This document shows positions 54,901-64,000 of a DNA stretch of 64,000 nucleotides, piece by piece; positions within the stretch are counted from its first letter, which is position 1; every line of letters starts with the position of its first letter. Source of the DNA: Cyanophora paradoxa CCMP329 (lineage: Eukaryota > Plantae > Glaucophyta); contig QPMI01000459.1 in NCBI GenBank assembly GCA_004431415.1, positions 1-64,000 of the forward strand, written 5' to 3'. The translations under genes were made by a program, and so were the position numbers. The notes under the pieces are model-generated. The model ran no database searches. It was not told the origin of the DNA and saw only the letters and a program-made list of their open reading frames with translations.

Positions 54901-56716
54901 TGCGCGGCCCGCAGGCCCCGCGGCAACTCCCGTCGTCGTGTCTCAGGGCCCTTACGTCACGCCGGAGGTCGTGAGCACCACGCCGACCAAGGGCACCGTC
55001 TCGCAGGGTACGCCTTGCGGTTTGCAGCGCCCTCCCAGCGGCTCTGACTGACGAGTGCCCTGCAGGCCCCGCGGCCACTCCCGTCGTCGTGTCTCAGGGC
55101 CCGTACGTCACTCCGGAGGTCGTGAGCACCACGCCGACCAAGACGAAAGGTGCGGTCCAGTTTTGCTTGCACTGCGAGGTCTGCCCGGCTCAGGTTTCGC
55201 AGGCTCTGCCTCGTACCGCCGCCGCCTGGAACAGTACAGCAAGGGCACCGTCTCTCAGGGCCCAGGCACCGTCTCGCAGGGTGCATGACTTGCGCGTGGC
55301 GCCAGGGGCGCGCGCGCCAACTTGGCTCACTTGCCGTGTGCGGCAGGCCCCGTCGCCACTCCCGAGGTCGTGAGCACGACACCGACCAAGGGCACTGTCT
55401 ATCAGGGTGAGCTGCGCTTCTTCAGACGCTGTCGCAGCGGATCTGACGGCGGCTTGCAGTCCCCGAGGCCACTCCCGAGGTCGTGAGCACCACGCCAACG
55501 AAGGGCGATGTCACTCAGACCCCAGGCACCGTCTCGCAGGGTGCATGACTTGCGCGCGGCGCCAGGGGCGCGCGCGCCAACTTGGCTCACTTGCCGTGTG
55601 CGGCAGGCCCCGTCGCCACTCCCGAGGTCGTGAGCACGACGCCGACCAAGGGCACTGTCTATCAGGGTGAGCTGCGCTTCTTCAGACGCTGTCGCAGCGG
55701 ATCTGACGGCGGCTTGCAGTCCCCGAGGCCACTCCCGAGGTCGTGAGCACCACGCCAACTAAAAGCGACGTCACTCAGACCCCCGGCACCGTCTCGCAGG
55801 GTGCATGACTTGCGCGCGGCGCCAGGGGCGCGCGCGCCAACTTGGCTCACTTGCCGTGTGCGGCAGGCCCCGTCGCCACTCCGGAGGTCGTGAGCACCAC
55901 GCCGACCAAGGGCACCGTTTCGCAGGGTACGCCTCGCGGCTCGCGGCGCCCGCTCGGCGGCTCTTGACTTCCGCGGCCCGCAGTCCCTGCGGCGACTCCC
56001 GTCGTCGTGTCTCAGGGCCCCGCCGTGACGCCGGAGGTCGTGAGCACCACGCCGACCAAGGGCACCGTTTCGCAGGGTACGCCTCGCGGCTCGCGGCGCC
56101 CCCTCGGCGGCTCTGACTTGCGCGGCCCGCAGTCCCTGCGGCGACTCCCGTCGTCGTGTCTCAGGGCCCCGCCGTGACGCCGGAGGTCGTGAGCACCACG
56201 CCGACCAAGGGCACCGTTTCGCAGGGTACGCCTCGCGGCTCGCGGCGCCCGCTCGGCGGCTCTGACTTGCGCGGCCCGCAGTCCCCGTGGCCACTCCCGT
56301 CGTCGTGTCGCAGGGCCCCGCCGTGACGCCGGAGGTCGTGAGCACCACGCCGACCAAGGGCACCGTTTCGCAGGGTACGCCTCGCGGCTCGCGGCGCCCG
56401 CTCGGCGGCTCTGACTTGCGCGGCCCGCAGTTCCCGTGGCCACTCCCGTCGTCGTGTCGCAGGGCCCCGCCGTGACGCCGGAGGTCGTGAGCACCACGCC
56501 GACCAAGGGCGACGTCACTCAGACCCCTGGCACCGTCTCGCAGGGTGCTCCGCGCCACTCTAGGCGGCTTCTCAGCGAACCTGACCGGTTCTCGCAGGCC
56601 CCGCGCCCACTCCCGAGGTCGTGAGCACCACTCCGACCAAGGACTCCGACCAAGTCGCGGAGGTCGTGTCTCGCGGCGGCGTACGCCGCCGCGAGCCTCG
56701 GAACCTCTACTACTGA
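51990..56716 (+). CDS. Secreted mucin-like Thr/Pro/Val/Ser-rich protein built from repeated exons
   Basis: Signal peptide MRRTVIAAAAAVAVLYL, GRRLLQ motif, 28 exons encoding (A)TPEVVSTTPTKGTVSQ, ends RREPRNLYY*. Confidence 0.85.
52640..56645 (+). repeat. Tandem exon+intron array (units ~113-155 bp, 28 copies, higher-order blocks)
   Basis: gaggt(c/g)gtgagcac(c/g)acgccgaccaag recurs 28 times; block ~53,760-54,370 recurs at ~55,060-55,670. Confidence 0.92.
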
Positions 56717-57034
56717 GCGCTCAGCCGAGCTGCTGTGAGGGCGCCCGCGGGGACACTTAGGCCGCGCTCCCCGCGCCCCTGCTGATAGATTAGAGCTAGT
56801 TAGAACCTTTTCGTCGTTTCGTTTTTCGCTCTTTTCGTCTCGTTCCGTAATCGTAATGAACACGCAATAAAGCAGTCCGAGATTACAAATCCACGTCTGC
56901 CCTAAGCCCAAGTGGGTGCGAGTCCCCACTCAAAAAGAGGGCGGCGTGTACGTAGTGGGTGCGGGGCCCCCCATCTGCCCTACGGCCCTCATCAGCGTCG
57001 CCTTAAATCCACATCTGCCCTAGGCCTTGGGCGC

Positions 57035-59356
57035 TCAGCGGAAGAGGGCGGCGTAGTGGGTGCGGGGCCCCTCGAAGGGCCGCCGGCCGTGCATGCAGAG
57101 GACGTTGTCGATGAGGAGGATGTCCCCGGGCTGCGCGATCATCAAACGGCCCGATCAGATAGAGCCGGCACGATCGCGCGGCTCGATCAGATCTTATGCG
57201 ATCCGGGGCGGGGCGCGGCGGGGTGGTGCGGGGCGGGGCGGGGCGGGGCGGGGCGCGGCGCGGCGGGGCGCGGCGGAGATCTAGATCTAGATCTAGATCT
57301 AGATCTAGAGCCGGCACCTGCCACTGGATGACGACGGCCTCGGCCTCCGTCGCGTCCCGCGCCGCGACTGCGTCCTCCGGCGCGATCGGCGTCCCGTCCG
57401 CGTACTGCGCCCCGGCCCGGCACTCAGAGAAGGGCGAAGGCCAAGGGGCAGCAAGGCCAAGAGGAAGGCGGGGGGGAGGCCACGCCTAAGGCCAAGGCCA
57501 AGGCTTAAGGGCCAAGAGAAGGCGGTGCGGCGCGGCAAGGCTAAGGGCCGCACGCCTCCACGGCTAAGGGCCTAAGGGCCCAGGGCCAAGGCTGTAGGGG
57601 GCTAAGCCAAGGGCCAAGGGCCGGGGGGGGGGCTAAGGCTAAGGCTAAAGGCCAAGAGAAGGCAGTGCGGCAAGGTTTAGAGCCCGGCGCATGCGCGCGC
57701 GCGCGCCTCGGTGCAGTAGATCTTCTCGACGCCGCCGATGCCGAGGGAGAGGGCCTTGCCCGGCTCTGCGGGGCGGCGCGGCGCGGGGCGGCCTCGACTG
57801 CTCAGCTGCACGGAGAGGGGCGGCGGAGGGGCGGGGCGGACCGTAGCAGGCAGGGTTGTCGAGCTGGATGTTGTCTGGGAAGGGGCGGGGCCGGGGTCAG
57901 TTTCACGGCGCGGGGAGGACGGGGCGGGGCGGGGCGGGGCGGCGGGGCGGGGGGGCGCACTGAACCAGACGCGGGCGCCGGTGCGCGGGTGCACTTTCAC
58001 GGGGTCGCAGACTGCGGGGCGAGGTGGGCGGGGGGTACGCGTGCCTGGGAGGGGGGGGGAGGGAAGGGCCGCACCGGGTACGCAGACCATGGCGCCGTCC
58101 TCGCGCCACTCTACCCGCGAGAAGCCGCTTTCGATCGCCAGGCGCTCGGCCTCGTCGCTGCGCGGGGTACGGCGGCTCGGTCCGGGTGGGGCGGCGGGGG
58201 TACGGTGTTCGCACCGGTCGCTCGTGCCGAACTCGTCCTCCCAGCCGCGTACCCCCGGGGCCGAGTGCACGAAGATGGAGGTGCGCGAGAGCTTCTTCTC
58301 AGAGGCGCGCTTGACGAACCTGCGGCGGGGGGTACAGTGAGGCGCGCCGGACGGCTAAGGGGGTACAGGAAGTCAGAGCTCACTCGGGGTGCTCGGCCTC
58401 GAGCCGGCGCAGGACCCTTTCCGAGAGCGCGATGGGCATCTGGCCGCCTGAAGTGACGTCACGCCTGGTCGGACGGGGCGGGGGGACGGGGAAAGGGGGG
58501 GTACGCGCCGACGGGGGACGGCTTCTCGCAGACGAAGACAAGGCGACTGGGGCAGAAGGAGCGGCGGAAGGGGTACTCGTGGTCTGCGGGCTCGCGATCG
58601 GACAGGAGAGGCGAAAGCGAACGAAGGGAAGGGAAGGGAGGCGCACGGAGCCAGAGGGGAACGGACGGGGGCCCGTCAGTGAGGGCCTTGAACTGCGGGG
58701 CGGGCGCCTCGGTTGCGCCGCCGAGGAAGGAAGGCGGCACGGCAGGGACTGCACCTGGCCGGCGATGGTGACGCGCGTGCTGTCGACGCTCGTGTAGTCG
58801 AGGCCGCCAATGGCAGTGCTGAAGTCCTCGGCGGAGCTCAGCGGGAAGCCGCGGAAGAGGATCGCGCCGTACTCGTCGAGCGCGGCCTCTGCGAGCCGCG
58901 TTAGAGCGAGGCGAGGAAGAGGCTTCGCCCTCGCGCACCGATCGCCTGCTTGTTAGCCGCGAACCACGCCTCGACGCTGGACGGGCCGGCCGCGCGCTGC
59001 ACCTGGATGACGAGCGGCAGCGGCTTGCCATCGAACGAGCGCTGCTCCGGCGCGGTGCCGGGCGCCGCTTCAACGCCATCGACAGCCACGAAGCGCTCGA
59101 GGACCCCGGGCGCGGCGGCGCTAGCTGCCAAGCGGAGAGGGGCGCTGGACGTGCTCAGGGGGGCTTTTTCACGTGTGCTGGTGCTAGCAAAAGCGCGAGC
59201 GGAGCCCAGGAACGTGCGTCGGGATGACGCGATTCGATCGCTGATTGGTGCCGGCTGGCGGCAGCTGCGCTCCGGCCGCTGCCGCTGAAGCGCGACAGCA
59301 TCGTGCTGTGCGAGCGAGCGAGCTCCAGGGGCCGAGATTGCCGCTGTGCTGAACAT
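57035..59356 (-). CDS. TauD/clavaminate-synthase-like Fe(II)/2OG dioxygenase, probably plastid-targeted
   Basis: YGAILFRGFPL, spliced LWLHHEY (HxE), RLVFVCE..GGQMPI, HPRTG..VWF, WQ-PGDILLIDNVLCMHGRRPF; MFST... presequence. Confidence 0.88.
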
Positions 59357-59468
59357 CGTGCTCCAAGACCACTGTACCCTGACCGAGAACCGGCTCATCA
59401 ACTTCCAGCCGGCGCTGCGCCGCAGCTCACGGCTTAGAGCCCGGCGTGGAGCTCGGCGGTGGCATCGG

Positions 59469-60783
59469 ATGATGCCCTTCGCGCCGCCCGTCGTGGCGGT
59501 CGCGCCGCCCAGTTCTTCGTGGGCGAGGCCGGATGGCTCCTCGAGCGCCCGGCGGCGCGCTGGCTTGAGGTCCAGCTTTCTGAGCTGCCCGCTCGTACAA
59601 ACCGAAAGAGGCCGTTCTCGGCCCTCGAGCGCCGGCGAGGCCACGGCGAGGCATTCCGACGGTGAGGGCAGGCGGATGCCTAGGCGGATGGTGGAGACTC
59701 CGCCGGTGCGCTCACCGCCTCGCCTGCTTTTGAGCGATGCTGAGCGCGCAGCAGGTCTCGCCCAAACCGCCGCCGCAGTCGGTTGGCTCCTCGCGGATAC
59801 TGCCCCCAACCCGGACGCCCCCTCCGCCCCCAACGCCGACGTACGGCAGCCTCACCATCCCCTCGTCCTCTTTCACGAAGGCGGCCGGCCCGCGGCCCGG
59901 CCCGCACTCCTGGCTGGACGACACGCGGACCCTCGTCAGCGACCGCTTCGTGGAGGTCGCCAACAGGCGCATCTACATCGTCGACGAGAAGAAGCAGAAG
60001 CAGATGGAGCGCGAGCGGTACTTGGCGGAGCTGCAGGCGCAGCGGCAGCGCGACGAGGCGCGGCGGCAGCACGTCGAGGACGCTCTCCAGTTCTGGAAGG
60101 AGAAGCTGAAGACGGACCCGCTCACGGGCATCTCGTACGACGCGGAGCGCTACGACTCGTCCTTCCGCCGCCAGCAGAACACGCTGCAGCCGAAGCGCGC
60201 CGAGCCGGCGACGCCCTCGCCGCCGCGGCCGCGCCCCGGCGCCCGCGGCTCGGCCGAGTGGCGCGACAAGATCAGCGCGGCGCGCTCGAAGCAGCGGCTG
60301 AAGCCGTTCAAGGGCCGCACGCACACGCCGGAGGCCCGCGCGCGCATCAGCGAGGCGATGAAGGCCCGGCGCGGGCCGAAGCACCCCATGTACGGCGCCT
60401 CGCTTCCCGAAGGCTGGAAGGAGTCCATCGCCACCGCAAAGGTACGCGCGCTCATCTCAGCTCAGCGCCTCGGCCCAGCGCCTCAGCTGAGCGCCGGCGC
60501 CACCGCCGCCGCCGCTCAGGTGAAGAAGCCGCTGACGCGGGAGCACCGGGCGCGCATCCGGGAGGGCCTGCTGCGGGCGCACGCGGGGCGGCGGGCGGCG
60601 CGTGAGGAGGCGGCGGAGAGGGATTCCAGTCCTTCCCGCTACGAGAACGAGCCGTGGCTCAAGGACGCCGCCCAAGAGGTCCTCCAGAAGCTCGGGCCCT
60701 CCTTCAAGCCCCGCGGCGGCCCCGGCGGCTTCGGCTCTAGCGGCTCCGGCTCGGCCTCCGGCTCGGCCTCCGGCTCGGCCTAG
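59469..60783 (+). CDS. NUMOD3-motif DNA/RNA-binding protein, probably plastid-targeted
   Basis: MMPFAPP...RSSFL presequence; SAEWRDKISAAR, KGRTHTPEARARISEAMK...KHPMYG, LTREHRARIREG. Confidence 0.7.
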
Positions 60784-61572
60784 CCTAGCCTTGGCTCTTC
60801 ATTGCTCGCTTTTTCCGTCGATCGATCGCATTCGCATTTCGCAACCTTTCCATACAATTAACAGCAGCCGGAGCCCTTCGTTGTTGTTGAAGGACTGGCC
60901 CTCTCTGTCTAGCTACAGTCGACAAACAGACTGTTGCTTAGTCCGCAGTCGCATTTCCACCCCTAGGTATATATGCCTTCGGCTTTGCTCTGAAGATCTA
61001 TCCCCAGCTCGGTCTGGTTACGCTGTTTAGTTGCCGCTCAGTTCCTTCGTTTCCCCGTCTCGTTTCCCCATTTCTGAGACGTCGTGTATAGTGAAACAGG
61101 CGCCCGTGGCCTGCATGAGCGAGATCGCTTCTTCGATCTGCATAACCTTGTTTCGTTTTTAACTTAGTAACCTCCTTATAATTATAAGATCGATATTCCA
61201 ACCTGGCAACGCAACATGCGCGGCGCGCGGTCTGGCAGCATGCGCAGCCTCGGATCGAAGTATATGCTCTAGATCTAGATCCGCGCGCGCGGGCGGCGGA
61301 GGGGCGCGCGCCGGCCGCGGCCATGCGAGAGCGACGAGGCCGCTGAGGTGGAGCACTAGTACTGCGCATGCATGCATGCACAGTACTAGTCGCAACGGCC
61401 GCGACTGCGGCGACGACCCTCGCCGGTGCTGGGGCCCCGGCCCTCTTCTACGCCCAGACCCCCACCCCCCTCGGGCCAATCAAATGTGCAGTGATGATGT
61501 CACGTCAAACGCTGTATTGCAAAAATAGCGGCGGCGCCCTGCATCTAGAGCTCGGTATCCCACATGTACAGC

Positions 61573-63253
61573 TCAGCCGCCGCGTCCGCGTCGCCCTCGG
61601 CCCACGGGGCGCCGCCCTCGGCCGCAAACTCGCCCCCGCCCCCGCCGGCCGCCGCCATAGGGGGGTCCACCACCACCGCCTCGTAGAGGTCGTACCCCTC
61701 CTCCGACGACTCCGCCTGCGGCACCTGCCCCGCCCCTTCCCGTCAAGACAAGAAGGGGTACGGGATTAAGGGGGGTACGGGCCTCGTTGACGGTGCGGGT
61801 GCTGCCAGAGGGGGCCGGCTTCAGCAGGGGGAACATGTTGCCCTCCTCGTAGAACGCCTGCATCCGCTCCAGGAACTGCGGGACGGGGGGACGTCAATGG
61901 CATGTAAGCGGTGGGGGGGGTACGGGACCGGGGGCGGACCTCGCCCTTGGAGACCCAGCCGTCCTGGCTCGGGTCGAACAGGGGGTAGTACGCGTGCAGC
62001 TCCTCGGTCTGGAGGGGGTATGAGATAGGACGCGTGAACGAAGGGGTACGGGAATGGAGAGTGGTACGCACGAACTGGCCCAGGTGCAGCTCGCGCTCGA
62101 GAAGCATCGCGATCTGCGGGGGTACACGGTTCGCGCAAACGAGCGGCGGGCCAGGGTACGGGCGCGCGCCTTGATGAGCTTCATCTGCCCGAGCTTCTCC
62201 TTGTCGTAGGCGTCGTACGCGCCCAGGACCTGAGGCAAAGTTAGCAGAACGGGACATGGCGAAGAAGAGGTGGGGGGGCGGGGGCGGGGGCGGGGCGGGC
62301 CTTGTCTTGGAAGGCCTTGACGGTGATTTCGTCACCCTTGCCGTACGCCTCGTTCGGGTCCTCGATCGACGCCCGCATCTCCGCCTGGGGTACGTGTCAA
62401 CAAGAAGGCGGGGAAGAAGAAGAAGGGGGGCGGACCCAGGGGTCGGCGGCGTTCTCCATGACGAGCTTGACGATCTCGGCGTGGATGATGTGGCCGGTGC
62501 CGTTGAAGTCGAGGGCGCGGGCGACCTCCTCGAACTTGAGGTTTCCGTCCCGGTTCGTGTCGATCAGCGCCAGGAACGCCGGCGAGACCTTCGCGAAGAA
62601 GCTCATGATCAGGCGGGCACAGATCTATCTCTTGCAGAGAAAGACGGAAAGAAAACACCTTTTCGAGGACGGGGAAGGCCGCCTTCAGCTCGGCCTTGGA
62701 CGCGAATCCGTCCTTCGAGCGGTCGATCACCTCCATCACCTGCGGGGGGCAACAGTCTCAGACGAGGGCGGCGCGGCCAAGGGCGAAGCCTCTAGATCTT
62801 TCCTCTAGATCTTTCCTCGCCGGGCGCGCCCGCCGCGTTTCAACGCCGCCGGGCCGCCTCGAGCTCACCCAACGTCTCAACTCTAGATCTTGCTCGGCCT
62901 ACCGACCTTGTCGCGATCGAGTGCCCCTCCCCCGTCGCAGACTTTGGCTAACGTTCAACGGCCAATTATACACGGATCATGATCATATAACAGATTATAT
63001 TATAACGGAGACTTCGGCGTCGCAGATTATATAACAGAGCTACGTATATATATATACGTATGCAGCAGCTTATAATTAAGAAGTCTCATTACTACAGCTC
63101 CACGCCCCAAAACGTCTCTCTCTCCGGGCCCAGCTGATCATGAACAAGGCGAGCGGACCTTGCAATTGTCGTCGAGAACCCCGCGGCCGGCCTCGGCATA
63201 GACGTCGACGTACGCGTTGCCGTCGTTGGGGTCGAGCGCGTCCACGGCGATGA
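61573..63253 (-). CDS. Multi-EF-hand protein (5' end not resolved)
   Basis: IDRSKDGFASKAEL, IDTNRDGNLKFEEV, LDFNGTGHIIHAEI, FDPSQDGWVSKGE loops in successive exons. Confidence 0.7.
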
Positions 63254-64000
63254 TTCTCGATCGCGAATTCGAATTGCACGCCGCAATTGGGGGGGGGGGG
63301 AGGAGGGCGAAGGGGGGGGAGGAGGGGGGGGGCGCCGGGGGGAAGGATCAGTGCGGTTCCCGGCCGCGGGCCGGTGCTATATATGCATATATATGTCCTA
63401 TATATATATATATATATCGATATCCGGATCGATATCCAAGCTTCGGATTCTCCGTATCGATATCGCCGCCCCGCCGGCCCAGATCTAGACCGGCAGCTGC
63501 AGAACTTGTGCAATCCAGCTTGAGCTAGCTTGCAATTGCAATTGATCATGCATATGCATCCAATTGCAATTCCGAAGTTCATTGCAATAAAAGAAGAAAA
63601 CACATTACTTTTGAAACATACAATGTATATGAAATATTTGGAAACGGGGTAGCTGTAACGTAGGGCCCCCGTTTTCGGTCACTTACAAAATGACGAGTCT
63701 GCTCATCTCCCGATCCAGCTCCGAGCTCTTAACCGAGTGTTAGTGCATGCATGAGAGCCCGGAATTCGTTGTCAGAACTCGGAAAGAGCAGAATGCTGCG
63801 CTGAAAAAAGGACCGAACCCTTTTCTCGACTATCCCTTGCAGCGCCTGATCCCGTGATCGTATAGGAGCCGGACCAAGTGCATAAGAAAGCTCTTGCGAT
63901 GCTCGACAAAGCTTGTCATACATACCAGTGCTCGGGAAGCAGCGCGTGGCGCGCTAGGCCGCATCAAGTACCTGTTGTACCGAACGCGGAAAAAAAGAGC

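Noticed and set aside
52640-56645. CRISPR-like repeat-spacer array
   Set aside because: The 'spacers' are themselves repeated GT-AG introns, the repeats are coding exons, and there are no cas genes.

Overview
The window has two parts. (1) Bases 1 to ~21,050 are a compact, nearly intron-free endogenous dsDNA virus fragment. It encodes an A32-type packaging ATPase, VLTF3, two paralogous HUH (rolling-circle Rep-type) endonucleases, a probable single-jelly-roll minor capsid protein, several phage-like fibre/adhesin proteins and a degenerate HNH protein. This gene set best fits the small Nucleocytoviricota relatives called mriyaviruses (Mriyaviricetes). The major capsid protein and any replication helicase are not in the window and presumably lie to the left. 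Nearly all viral ATGs carry a T-run-TC motif 15-21 nt upstream, and a non-coding inverted-repeat/heptamer-array locus may be an origin or operator. Many viral ORFs are split by frameshifts; those I checked are single-base losses, which look like long-read consensus errors. (2) ~21,100-64,000 is GC-rich, intron-dense protist DNA with many GC-AG introns and Phe-initiated plastid-type presequences, consistent with a primary-plastid alga such as a glaucophyte (inference). Host genes: 3' part of a KIF28/KLP-6-like kinesin apparently interrupted by the virus, TMEM260, a GMC oxidoreductase, an anthranilate-PRT-like protein, two related Lys-rich genes (one fused to an ArsC-like domain), a CEP164-type WW-FkbM fusion, YeeE/YedE, an ICT1/ArfB-like protein with GGQ->GGP, a DEAD-box helicase, a 5-domain Kazal inhibitor, a 28-exon-repeat mucin, a TauD dioxygenase, a NUMOD3 protein and an EF-hand protein. 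All assignments come from motif recognition by eye; no searches were run.
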